From the IMG/VR virus record IMGVR_UViG_3300046115_000153, positions 1 to 64,000 of that record: a stretch of DNA of 64,000 bases, one strand, 5' to 3'. A program made the position numbers and the translations under genes. The notes beneath the pieces were generated by a model that searched no databases, was not told the origin of the DNA, and was given only the letters and a program-made list of their open reading frames with translations. Positions 32,558 through 40,473 of the stretch are shown here, one piece after another (positions within the stretch are counted from its first letter, which is position 1; each line of letters starts with the position of its first letter). Source of the stretch: a virus.

Positions 32558-32835
32558 CGCCTACCGCCGGGCTTCGGGATCAGGTGGGCGTAGTGGGCGA
32601 GCGCGACGTACCGGACGCCGCCTGACTTCCCGACGGCGACGTGGCCGGCGGCCCGAAGGTATTTGATCGCGCCGCCGACCGCGCGGCGGTGGCGGAACTG
32701 GCCCCAGACGGTGGCGACGCGCAGGACGTGCGCGCCGTTGGCGGCCTGTTCGCGGAGGTAGCGGAGGATTTCGCCGGGGTCGACGGGCTGGACGGTTTCG
32801 GCACTGTCGGTGCCGTCTGTGACAATGGGTCGCAC
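32554..32835 (-). CDS. hypothetical protein (93 aa), possibly winged-helix
   Basis: GTG 32835 after GGGAGG. Inner start of ORF 32554..33057. Confidence 0.5.
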   Translation of the reverse strand: MRPIVTDGTDSAETVQPVDPGEILRYLREQAANGAHVLRVATVWGQFRHRRAVGGAIKYLRAAGHVAVGKSGGVRYVALAHYAHLIPKPGGRR

Positions 32836-32873
32836 GACGTGCGCACCTCCCGTGTGGGTGCGTTGCTGTTGGA

Positions 32874-32915
32874 GGACGGCCCGGCGCCACCACGCGACCG
32901 GGCCGTCCGCTTTTT
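32874..32915 (+). terminator. hairpin GGACGGCCCGG-13nt-CCGGGCCGTCC followed by GCTTTTT (plus-strand orientation)
   Basis: 11-bp perfect stem plus a T5 run read from the sequence. Lies antisense to the 5' flank of gene 32554..32835. Confidence 0.5.
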
Positions 32916-33159
32916 CGAGGCGTCTCGCCTCTCGTCGAGAGTCATCCTGACCCTCGAAAAGGGGCGAGGGAAGTGGGGTCTCCCGCGTCTCACGACGCGG
33001 GAGGGGGGCTAGGCCCGGCGGAGCGTGGAGGCGTTCACCATCTCGTGGTCGTCCCACGGGACGGGCACTAGATGCGGGCTCGCCACTGCTGACACCGGGT
33101 GCTCCTCCCTGTTCGTGGCGGGCGTGGTGAGGTGGGTGCCGACCCGGGTCGCGTGCCGG

Positions 33160-33348
33160 TCACCGCCATCCCCTCCGGCGTTGCCGGCCTTTCTCTTCGA
33201 CCGTGGCGTGCACGGTCAGCACCGCGTCGCGGTCCTCCGGGGTCAGCTCGTCGAGTACGCGGGGCAGGAGCCCGTCCTTGCGGCTCAGCCCTTCGAGGAG
33301 CGCGTACACCGCGATGCCGGCCATGCGCTCGTCTTCCGACTGGCTCAC
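33160..33348 (-). CDS. hypothetical protein (62 aa)
   Basis: Track ORF. ATGA-coupled to the Nudix gene. Confidence 0.55.
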   Translation of the reverse strand: MSQSEDERMAGIAVYALLEGLSRKDGLLPRVLDELTPEDRDAVLTVHATVEEKGRQRRRGWR

Positions 33349-33809
33349 CGGTCCCGCCCCGGTCGTTCGGGCGCGGGGTCTCCGGCGGTGAGGGCGGCGG
33401 CGACGATCTGGGTGTGGTCGAACGCCAGCCCGTCGTGGAGGGCGTCGGGGACGGGTACCCAGCGGGCGGCGGTGGCGTCGTCGGCGGCGGCCGGGGCCGG
33501 CATGGCGGGCAGGTCGGCGCGGTAGGCGAAGCTGACGTAGCGGCCGCGGGGGTCACGGCCGGGCGTGCTGTAGACGCCGACCAGTTCGAGTTCGGATTCC
33601 GCCGCGAAGACTCCGGTCTCCTCGAGGAGTTCCCGGCGGGCGGCGTCTTCCACGTCCTCGCCGGGTTCGACGTGACCGCCGGGCAGCGCCCACTGGCCGG
33701 CGAACGGCGGCCAGCCGCGGCGGATCAGCAGCACGTGCGGCACCCCGCCGGGGAAGGCGAGGACCACTACGTCGGCGGTCAGGCGGGCGTTCTCACGGTC
33801 GTCACTCAT
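33345..33809 (-). CDS. Nudix hydrolase (154 aa)
   Basis: Inner ATG of ORF 33345..34070. Nudix box GGHVEPGEDVEDAARRELLEETG. Confidence 0.85.
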   Translation of the reverse strand: MSDDRENARLTADVVVLAFPGGVPHVLLIRRGWPPFAGQWALPGGHVEPGEDVEDAARRELLEETGVFAAESELELVGVYSTPGRDPRGRYVSFAYRADLPAMPAPAAADDATAARWVPVPDALHDGLAFDHTQIVAAALTAGDPAPERPGRDR

Positions 33810-34138
33810 GGGCGGGGTCCTCCCTGGTCGGGTACGGGACGGGGGGCCGGGGCGCGGCGGGCGGCCCCGGCCGCGCGAAGCTGGTCGAGCGGCTCGTCGG
33901 CCGCCGCGGCGGTCTCCGCCTCGAACGGGTAGAGGTCGAGTGTCCGCGCGGCCCTGCCGCCGGTCGGCGGCAGCGTCGCCGTGCAGGGGCAGAACGCCGA
34001 GCTGTTGACGTGCCCGCACGGGTGCCGGGTGACGGCGGCGGCGACTGGGCTCAGGGTGTGCGGGGCGCACGCGGTGGCCCGTTCCATCGCGGCCAGTCCG
34101 GTGGCGCCCAGTGTCGGCGCGAGCGGGAGCGCGCTCAC
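33806..34138 (-). CDS. hypothetical Cys-containing protein (110 aa)
   Basis: Track ORF. ATGA-coupled. Confidence 0.55.
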   Translation of the reverse strand: MSALPLAPTLGATGLAAMERATACAPHTLSPVAAAVTRHPCGHVNSSAFCPCTATLPPTGGRAARTLDLYPFEAETAAAADEPLDQLRAAGAARRAPAPRPVPDQGGPRP

Positions 34139-34419
34139 CGGTCGGCCTCGTCCGGGTCGACGGCGTAGGCGCCCAGCCGGGCGAGGAACGCCGTGGCGTA
34201 CCCGGTCGGGGTGTCGACGACGAGGAAGACGTCTCCGGCTTGGGCGCCGATGTTGACGACGTCCTGCCAGTTCGCGACTTCGGTGCGGGGCGCGTTTTCG
34301 GCGAGCCGTTCGAGCATGAGCCGGTTGGCGGCGAGGGATTGTTCGATGGCCTTGTCGAGGTCGACGAGTTCGGGGTGCTGGTTGTAGAAGTCGTCGACGG
34401 GGTCGGTGAGGCCGGTCAT
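34135..34419 (-). CDS. hypothetical protein (94 aa)
   Basis: Track ORF. Coupled at both ends. Confidence 0.6.
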   Translation of the reverse strand: MTGLTDPVDDFYNQHPELVDLDKAIEQSLAANRLMLERLAENAPRTEVANWQDVVNIGAQAGDVFLVVDTPTGYATAFLARLGAYAVDPDEADR

Positions 34420-34523
34420 CGGGTGCCTCCGTCTGCGCCGACGAGGTTGTCGGGCTGCTTCCGCTGGGGCTTGCAGGTGTGGTTTTTGCCGGGGTTGGGT
34501 GCGCCGCAGCCCATGCAGATCAC
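34416..34523 (-). CDS. zinc-ribbon micro-protein (35 aa, CMGCGAPNPGKNHTC)
   Basis: GTGA-coupled to the Bro-N gene. In frame with the C-terminus of ORF 34416..35276. Confidence 0.4.
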   Translation of the reverse strand: MICMGCGAPNPGKNHTCKPQRKQPDNLVGADGGTR

Positions 34524-35269
34524 GGGGTGCCGCCGATCTGGCGGCGGGTGGCGATTACTTCGAAGCGGGGGCCGGGCGGACGGCCGCGCATGATCCCGGC
34601 GGGCCGGGGGGTCTTGCGGAGGTGTCCGGCGTCGACGAGGTCGGCGAGTACGGCGGCGACGGCTTCGGAGTGGTAGGCCCAGTGCTGCCCGGCGAGTCCT
34701 CGGTGGGCGTCTCGGAGGCTGAACGTGTCGCCTTCGGCGAGTTCGCGGTGGCGGACCCAGCGGAGTACGGATTCGGCGGGGGTGGGTGGTGCGGGCGGGG
34801 GTTGGACGAGTCCGGCGTCGGCGAGTAGTTGGAGTGCGGTGCGTTTGGCTTCGGAGCGGGGGAGGTAGCCGGCGCGGGCGGCGGCGTCGAGTCCGCTGAT
34901 GTGGTCGGCGAGCGGGCTGGCGATGGGCTGCGGCTGGTCGTCGGGCTGTTCGTAGCGGCCGGTCTTGCGGATGGCGGGCAGGACTTCGTCCACGATCCAG
35001 TCCTGGAAGTCCTCGGCGGCGGGTAGGTCGCTCCGCATCGCCAGCCGGTAGATGCCGGGTTCTGAGACGACGGTGAGGTCCTGGATTCCGCCAGGGGTAC
35101 TCATCGGGTGAGTACCCCTGTGTCGCTCGCGCAGGATGCGCACAGCGTTGGCGGCGTCCCGGTAGCCGAGGATCTTCGCGGCGTCGGCGGCGGCGAACCA
35201 CGGCTGGTCGTCGATCAGGACGGTCCGGAGTTCGGTGCCGTTGAACGCGAAGGGAACGATCTCGGTCAC
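34520..35269 (-). CDS. Bro-N domain protein / antirepressor-like (249 aa)
   Basis: GTGA-coupled inner start of ORF 34520..35335. FNGTELRTVLIDDQPWFAAADAAKILGY. C-terminal winged-helix is shared with 21486..23573. Confidence 0.8.
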   Translation of the reverse strand: MTEIVPFAFNGTELRTVLIDDQPWFAAADAAKILGYRDAANAVRILRERHRGTHPMSTPGGIQDLTVVSEPGIYRLAMRSDLPAAEDFQDWIVDEVLPAIRKTGRYEQPDDQPQPIASPLADHISGLDAAARAGYLPRSEAKRTALQLLADAGLVQPPPAPPTPAESVLRWVRHRELAEGDTFSLRDAHRGLAGQHWAYHSEAVAAVLADLVDAGHLRKTPRPAGIMRGRPPGPRFEVIATRRQIGGTP

Positions 35270-35475
35270 GCGGCACCGCCAGGGACGAGCGCTTCGATCT
35301 CGTCTTTGCGGAAGCGGCGGTGCGCGCCGTGCCACTTGACGGTCAGCTCGCCGCGGTCACCCATGCGGGTGAGGCGTTTGCGGCCGTAGCCGCTGATGTC
35401 CGCCGCTACGGCGGGAGGGAGCCACACGACGGGAGGACTGGTGTCCACCGGTGCGAGCAGGGCAGGATGACCCAC
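35266..35475 (-). CDS. excisionase-family (MerR-like HTH_17) DNA-binding protein, about 69 aa; start uncertain
   Basis: Within ORF 35266..35550. ...RKRLTRMGDRGELTVKWHGAHRRFRKDEIEAL. The N-terminal part of the ORF covers a terminator hairpin. Confidence 0.5.
   Translation of the reverse strand: MGHPALLAPVDTSPPVVWLPPAVAADISGYGRKRLTRMGDRGELTVKWHGAHRRFRKDEIEALVPGGAA
35439..35448 (-). promoter_or_regulatory. GTGGACACCA motif copy (reads GGTGGACACCAGT on the minus strand)
   Basis: Read from the sequence at the 5' end of the Xis-like gene. Confidence 0.5.
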
Positions 35476-35518
35476 GGGTCGGCCTTTCGTTCGAGAGACG
35501 GTTGAGGCCGGTTCCAAC

Positions 35519-35548
35519 GTCCCGGCGGTGTTGACGCACCGCCGGGAC
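35519..35548 (-). terminator. hairpin GTCCCGGCGGTG-6nt-CACCGCCGGGAC after the GntR gene
   Basis: 12-bp perfect stem, 48 nt downstream of the GntR stop (35596). Confidence 0.55.
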
Positions 35549-35595
35549 ACCCGGCCGTCCAGCTATTCGAACTCTAGGGTTATCCCGCTTTTAGG

Positions 35596-36354
35596 TCAAG
35601 CCTGGGATGTGCCGAACTTCCAGGCGTGCCGCATCCGTGGGCCGTAGGTGACCATCCGCTCGACGGTCACCACGTCGCCGACCGCGTTCCTTGCCGTCCG
35701 GAACACCTCGGAGACGGGCGCGCTCGGAGCCACCTCGAGCAGTCCGGCCTCTTCGGCGGTCGCGGCTCGGGCCATGACCTCGTCCTCGCCGCCCGTGATC
35801 TCGAAGTCGGTGTGCGACATCAGTTGCATGGCGTTGGTGGGCAGCAGTTCGGGATTCGTCAGCGCTGGGACTGCGGCGGCGACCGCGTCCGAGTAGTAGG
35901 AGGTGGCGATCTGGGCGGGCCGCCCGTCGGAGATCATGAGGCGTTGGCGCCACGCCACCTCTGTGCCGGCTTCGTAGCCGTAGGCGTGGGCGACGTCTGG
36001 CGGCGCCGGCATGCGTCCCGCGCCCGTTACGCGCTGGGTGCCGACCTTCCCGATTCGGCCGACGACGTCCTTCCACCGCTTGCGGGTGCCGTCCGGGCCG
36101 GGCAGGGTCATCTCGGTCATCCAGTTGACGACCGGTATCTCCTCGACTACGAAGGTCCCTCGTCCGGGCTTCGTCTCCACGAGGCCCCAGCTCTTGAGCA
36201 GGTCGAACGCGGCCTGTCCTGTCTGGAACGACGCCCTCCGTTCCGCCTTCAGGGTCGGGAGACTGGGGATCTGGTCCCCTGCCCGAAGCTCGCCTCTGGT
36301 GATCTTGTCTCGGATCTCTTCGGCGATTCGCTGGTACGTGTGCTGTGCCGCCAC
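35596..36354 (-). CDS. GntR-family (HutC/UTRA-type) transcriptional regulator (252 aa)
   Basis: Track ORF. N-terminal YQRIAEEIRDKITRGELRAGDQIPSLPTL...GLVETKPGRGTFV and a UTRA-like C-terminal half. Confidence 0.85.
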   Translation of the reverse strand: MAAQHTYQRIAEEIRDKITRGELRAGDQIPSLPTLKAERRASFQTGQAAFDLLKSWGLVETKPGRGTFVVEEIPVVNWMTEMTLPGPDGTRKRWKDVVGRIGKVGTQRVTGAGRMPAPPDVAHAYGYEAGTEVAWRQRLMISDGRPAQIATSYYSDAVAAAVPALTNPELLPTNAMQLMSHTDFEITGGEDEVMARAATAEEAGLLEVAPSAPVSEVFRTARNAVGDVVTVERMVTYGPRMRHAWKFGTSQA

Positions 36355-36414
36355 CGTGACCCCCCTAACTGGTTTCGCGGGATATCCCGGTCAAGCAGTT
36401 AGGTTACGCGCGTC

Positions 36415-36433
36415 GGGGCGAAATGGTGTCCAC
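36415..36433 (-). promoter_or_regulatory. 19-bp element GTGGACACCATTTCGCCCC (minus strand), copy 1
   Basis: Identical to 37465..37483. Ends 61 nt upstream of the GntR start. Confidence 0.7.
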
Positions 36434-36539
36434 GTAGCTGCGCACGGCAGGTGTCCGAACCACCACATGTAGGGAGCGTCGCTCACCCGCATCGCACGCC
36501 CCTTTGACGGTCGGCGAATCAAACCCGATGTCCGCGCGG

Positions 36540-36944
36540 TCAAGGACAGAACCGTTCGACCGGCGTCCCGTCCACCGCGCCGCAGTCCGGCGGGACGCCG
36601 GTCAGCGCCTCCCGGGCGCGGTCGCCGGCTTCGGCCGCATCACGCATCTGCCGGGTGTCCAACGCTGTGAGCTGGTCCAGTTCCGCCAACGCTTCGCCGC
36701 CGCGGCAGAATCCCTGCTGCCAGCCTCGGACCTCGACCAGCGGCCGGGGGTCCCGTGTCGGCGCGTCCGTCGGCGGCCCCTCGGTCGCGTCTTCGCAGAC
36801 GACCAGGTAGGCCCGCTGGTAGGCGGTCAGCGCCGGGCTGTCGACTGCCGCAGGCTCCACGAGATCCCCACCAGCCTCGCCCGAGCATCCCGCTAACGCA
36901 GCCAGTGCCACCGAACAAGCCAGTACCGCCCACCGTGCCCGCAT
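36540..36944 (-). CDS. lipoprotein (134 aa)
   Basis: Inner ATG of ORF 36540..37196. Signal peptide plus lipobox LAALAGC. Confidence 0.7.
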   Translation of the reverse strand: MRARWAVLACSVALAALAGCSGEAGGDLVEPAAVDSPALTAYQRAYLVVCEDATEGPPTDAPTRDPRPLVEVRGWQQGFCRGGEALAELDQLTALDTRQMRDAAEAGDRAREALTGVPPDCGAVDGTPVERFCP

Positions 36945-36997
36945 GTGCTCCCCCACTCGACTTGGTCCCGCTTGTGTGATCGCCGCCCGCCCACCCG

Positions 36998-37417
36998 TCA
37001 GCGGGGCAGCGCGTGCGCCGGCACCGGCAGCTGCCCGATGCCGTAGGCCAGCAGGATCGACATGCACCCGCCCTGCCCCGCCCGCCGGGCCACGTCGGTC
37101 AGCAACGCCCAAGCCGACGTCCGCGCGCCCCGTTCGGCGAGCAGCCCCACCGTCTCGACCACACCCGCCGCCAGCTGCGTGGCCGTACCGTCGCACCCGT
37201 CGGCCGCCTCTTCGGCCAACCGCTGGTAGGCGTCGACTTTGGCCGGGTCGGCACCCAGCCGGTCGGCGGCGGCCAGCCGGTAGCCCGCGCTGTTACGGTC
37301 CACGGTCGGCGGCGCGGTCACCGTGACGGTGACTGTTTCTACTGGTGTCGCCGTCCCGCCGCCGCACCCCGCCACCACGACTAACGCCAACGCCGGTAAC
37401 ACCCGCCGTGCCCGCAT
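36998..37417 (-). CDS. lipoprotein (139 aa)
   Basis: Inner ATG after GAGGGGGG in ORF 36998..37483. Lipobox VVVAGC. Confidence 0.7.
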   Translation of the reverse strand: MRARRVLPALALVVVAGCGGGTATPVETVTVTVTAPPTVDRNSAGYRLAAADRLGADPAKVDAYQRLAEEAADGCDGTATQLAAGVVETVGLLAERGARTSAWALLTDVARRAGQGGCMSILLAYGIGQLPVPAHALPR

Positions 37418-37464
37418 GCGTCCCCCCTCGGTCGGGCGGATCTTAACGCGCGGCCCGCACCCGT

Positions 37465-37483
37465 GGGGCGAAATGGTGTCCAC
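37465..37483 (-). promoter_or_regulatory. 19-bp element GTGGACACCATTTCGCCCC (minus strand), copy 2
   Basis: Identical to 36415..36433. Ends 48 nt upstream of the lipoprotein start at 37417. Confidence 0.7.
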
Positions 37484-37528
37484 TGTCAGCGGTGGTGCCG
37501 GTACGCCCTACGCACCGTCGGACGTCAG

Positions 37529-37602
37529 CAGGGGCGACGGGACTCGAACCCGCAACCGCCGGTTTTGGAGACCGGTGCTCTAGCCAGTTGAGCCACACCC
37601 CT
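37529..37602 (-). tRNA. tRNA-Trp (anticodon CCA), 74 nt, no encoded CCA end
   Basis: Folded by hand. Acceptor AGGGGTG/CGCCCCT, anticodon arm CCGGT-CTCCAAA-ACCGG, T-arm GCGGG-TTCGAGT-CCCGT. Confidence 0.9.
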
Positions 37603-37789
37603 ACGAATCGGGGTGGGTCACCATCGGGTCGGGAGCACGATGCGAGGGTACCGCGCCGGGGACAAGCGGAGGGCCCCCGCCGTAGACGGGGACCCTCGCG
37701 GCCCTGCTGGTGCTCGCTTGCGCGCTGAACCATTCCCGGAGAAGCGCGCTCCCGCTGTCAGTCGCGGACACACTACCCCACGGCCACGG

Positions 37790-38032
37790 CTACTCGACGT
37801 CGACCACAGACCGCCAGACCAGGCTGGACGGCACCCGGAACAGCAGCTCCCCCGCCTCCACGTCCACGGTCTGCAACTCCAACCCGACCGCGTGCGCCTT
37901 CAGCGCGGCGAGGACGCCGCGCCGGTCGGCGTCGTCGGTCAGGGTGACGAGCAGGTACCGCCGGCCGCCGCGCCACAGCACCTCGACGCCGGGCCACTCG
38001 GAGGGTGGTGCGGTTTCGGTCGGTGCGACCAC
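37790..38032 (-). CDS. hypothetical protein (80 aa), paralogue of 38182..38427
   Basis: GTG after GGAAGGA. Inner start of ORF 37790..38209. Shared pattern LLVTL...VLA.L...AVGLEL..V..E.G..LFR.PS.L.WRSVVD. Confidence 0.55.
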   Translation of the reverse strand: MVAPTETAPPSEWPGVEVLWRGGRRYLLVTLTDDADRRGVLAALKAHAVGLELQTVDVEAGELLFRVPSSLVWRSVVDVE

Positions 38033-38181
38033 GACTGGTCCTTCCTGACCGGTCGGGCTCCTTTGGGGAGCGGGAAGGGGTGACGGCCCCCGACCGGGGG
38101 GGTACGGGGGCCGCCACGACTGTGGGGGCCGGGTCAGTGGGGTCGGTTCGGCCTGCCCCCGCCGCTCCACCCCGGCGATCG

Positions 38182-38427
38182 CTACAGGGTGTCGACGACG
38201 GAGCGCCACGCCAGGGGGCTCGGCATTCGGAACAGCATTCCGCCGATTTCCTCGGAAACGGCGACGAGTTCGAGGCCGACGGCTCGCGTGCTCAGCACGG
38301 CGAGGACGGCACGGGTGTCGGTGGTTTCGCCCAGTGTGACCAGCAGGAACTTGTGGTTGGCGCTCCAGTGGTATCCCACTCCGGACTCTGGCGATAAGCC
38401 GGTGCGGACGGGTACGGTGTAGTCCAT
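38182..38427 (-). CDS. hypothetical protein (81 aa), paralogue of 37790..38032
   Basis: Track ORF. Confidence 0.6.
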   Translation of the reverse strand: MDYTVPVRTGLSPESGVGYHWSANHKFLLVTLGETTDTRAVLAVLSTRAVGLELVAVSEEIGGMLFRMPSPLAWRSVVDTL

Positions 38428-38587
38428 ATAGGTGTTAACCCCCGAGACGGTTAGGACCTAGGCCCCGTTTGGTGCTCGACACACCGGACGGGGCCACTTG
38501 CGTTCAGGTGGTCACGCTAGCGGGTCGCAGGACATAGGGAAAGAGCACGTGGGGTTACCACGTGTCGCGACCTAGCGTGCTGTACTC

Positions 38588-38794
38588 GTGACCGCCGATC
38601 CAGAGTTCGTCGACATGGCCGACCTGCGGGAGATGCTCGCCGTGTCCCGGTCCCGCGCCTACACGATCAGCCGTGACCGGACGTTCCCGGAGCCGGTGGT
38701 CGACAGGCCGCGCTACCGGGCGTGGCGACGCGCCGAGGTCGAGGCGTGGATGGACGTCCACCGACCCGGCTGGCGCGTCGCGCCCCCTACCTGA
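38588..38794 (+). CDS. AlpA/excisionase-type HTH DNA-binding protein (68 aa)
   Basis: Track ORF. DLREMLAVSRSRAYTISRDRTFPEPV...WRRAEVEAWM. The palindrome CACGTGG-ggtta-CCACGTG lies just upstream. Confidence 0.65.
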   Translation: MTADPEFVDMADLREMLAVSRSRAYTISRDRTFPEPVVDRPRYRAWRRAEVEAWMDVHRPGWRVAPPT

Positions 38795-39002
38795 GCCGCC
38801 TCCCGCGTCCCGCGCCGGTGCCGCCGGCGAACCTGAGTACCAGCGGTTCGCGCAGCCGCAGCTCGTCGGTCCTGTCGACCACCTGCCGCAGCAGCGCCGC
38901 GACCAGCGCCTCCGACGTGGTGCCCGCGCCCGCGTACAGGCTGACGGTCCCGTCCGCGTCCACCTCGACTCGCGGCTCGTCCCGATCTGGCGACGTCGTC
39001 AC
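38787..39002 (-). CDS. hypothetical protein (71 aa)
   Basis: GTG after GGGGAGGGA. Inner start of ORF 38787..39275. GC3-rich. Confidence 0.5.
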   Translation of the reverse strand: MTTSPDRDEPRVEVDADGTVSLYAGAGTTSEALVAALLRQVVDRTDELRLREPLVLRFAGGTGAGRGRRLR

Positions 39003-39130
39003 TGCCGTTCCCTCCCCCGAATCGTCCGCATGTCCGGCGAAGGGTAGCGAGTCGAGGCGTCTAGGTACAGGGCACGTGCTCTGAGTACGTGGTCCTACCG
39101 ACCCTTCAAACACAACCCCTGACACGGCGA

Positions 39131-39160
39131 AGCCCCGCGACCGACGTCGGTCGCGGGGCT
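39131..39160 (-). terminator. 30-bp perfect palindrome AGCCCCGCGACCGAC/GTCGGTCGCGGGGCT followed by TTGTGTTTG on the minus strand
   Basis: Read from the sequence. 55 nt downstream of the stop at 39215. Confidence 0.65.
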
Positions 39161-39214
39161 CGCCGGGGCTTCGTCCAACCGCGGGGAGTTGAAACGCCTT
39201 TCGTGGCGAGGCGT

Positions 39215-39460
39215 CTACCTGAGCGCGAGGCAGGCCGTGGCCACGACAGTCGCCAGCCAGCACCCGCCGATCCACAGCCGGACGCGCACGCCCTCGAGAC
39301 CCGGCGGCAGCGCCGCGGGAGGTTCGCCGCCGGGCGGCGGCACGTCAGGCGGCCGGGCCGTGCCGGCCAGCATTTCGAGCAGGCGTTCGACCCGAAAGAA
39401 CGCCTCGATCTCGCGGTCGAGGTCGTCGGGTTCGCCCCGGTCGGTCTCGGTGGTCGTCAC
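39215..39460 (-). CDS. small membrane protein (81 aa)
   Basis: GTGA-coupled to whiB. C-terminal TM. Inner start of ORF 39215..39583. Confidence 0.55.
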   Translation of the reverse strand: MTTTETDRGEPDDLDREIEAFFRVERLLEMLAGTARPPDVPPPGGEPPAALPPGLEGVRVRLWIGGCWLATVVATACLALR

Positions 39461-39705
39461 GTCAGGGTCCGGACTCGAAGTCGCTTCAGCGCGCGGCGCT
39501 CGTCCTCGGACAGGCCGCCCCAGACTCCGGCGGCCTGGCCGGTCTCCAACGCCCAGGTCAGGCAGTCGTACGTCACCGCGCAACGACGGCAGACCGCTTT
39601 CGCCTTTTCCAGCTGGTCCGCCGCTGGCCCGGTCGTCCCGACCGGGAAGAAGATGTCAGGCGGCTCGTCCCCGCACAGCGCGCGTTCCCGCCAGTCGGTC
39701 GTCAT
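39457..39705 (-). CDS. whiB: WhiB-family transcription factor (82 aa)
   Basis: Inner ATG of ORF 39457..40227. Four Cys (C-x22-C-x2-C-x5-C), the GVWGG turn and a basic tail. Confidence 0.85.
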   Translation of the reverse strand: MTTDWRERALCGDEPPDIFFPVGTTGPAADQLEKAKAVCRRCAVTYDCLTWALETGQAAGVWGGLSEDERRALKRLRVRTLT

Positions 39706-39994
39706 GTCACCGCTGTCTCCGTTCCGTGAGTAGTAGGTGCCGGCGGGGTCCTCTCGACCTGGCGTCCGAGGACCCCGCCGACTGGCGGTCGTCGTCCGTT
39801 CACGACGACCGTCTGTGCCGACCCGCCGCGCTCTGGTCGTGGCGGTCGGCGGTACGTGCCCTCCCGGGTCGCGGGGTTCGTGCCCGCACGGCCCGGGAGG
39901 ACGGTGGTGACCGCCGACGCGGGCGGGGGACACCCGCGCCGACGGCCGTAGGGGTGCCGGCGGCGGGCCGGGGGGGGTGCCTGCCGCCGGCACG

Positions 39995-40255
39995 TCATGG
40001 GTGCGCCCGGTGGGAGCGCGGGTGGTGGCCGGACGAGACGAGGTCGGAGTACGACAGCACCGGGTGCGTGCTGACGTCGACCGGGTCGGGGTCGGCGGGG
40101 AACGCCACCGACCGCACGACCACGGGCAGCGGTCCGGTAGCCGGCCCGACGCCGGGTGTTCGTTCGGCGCGGTTGGCGCGCACCGCGGCGGTCGTCGCGA
40201 CGCCGACCGCACCGCCGAGAGCCCCACCGAACATGCCGAGCAGGAAGCAGATCAC
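39995..40255 (-). CDS. small membrane protein (86 aa)
   Basis: GTG after AGGGGGAAG. Inner start of ORF 39995..40375. Confidence 0.5.
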   Translation of the reverse strand: MICFLLGMFGGALGGAVGVATTAAVRANRAERTPGVGPATGPLPVVVRSVAFPADPDPVDVSTHPVLSYSDLVSSGHHPRSHRAHP

Positions 40256-40473
40256 GTCTTCCCCCTGTTTTCGCGGCCGGAGTTCCCGACCTGGATCGCC
40301 TCCGCTTCGTGGGTGTCGAATCGCCGCGCTGTCGGAGCCGCGGCGTGCTTCCCAGCTCCGCACCTGCATCGGCACCGGTCGGCCGGGGCGCTGAGTACGG
40401 CCACGGCCACGACGCAGGCCGACGCGAAGACGACGACTCCGAGCGCCGCGAGGAACGTCGTAGTGCCGATCAC
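40252..40473 (-). CDS. small membrane protein (73 aa)
   Basis: GTGA-coupled at both ends. TM segment FLAALGVVVFASACVVAVAVL. Confidence 0.5.
   Translation of the reverse strand: MIGTTTFLAALGVVVFASACVVAVAVLSAPADRCRCRCGAGKHAAAPTARRFDTHEAEAIQVGNSGRENRGKT

Noticed and set aside
38588-39002. A toxin-antitoxin pair formed by the HTH gene and the convergent 71-aa gene.
   Set aside because: The genes are convergent (tail-to-tail overlap), not co-transcribed. Neither shows a toxin signature I can recognise.
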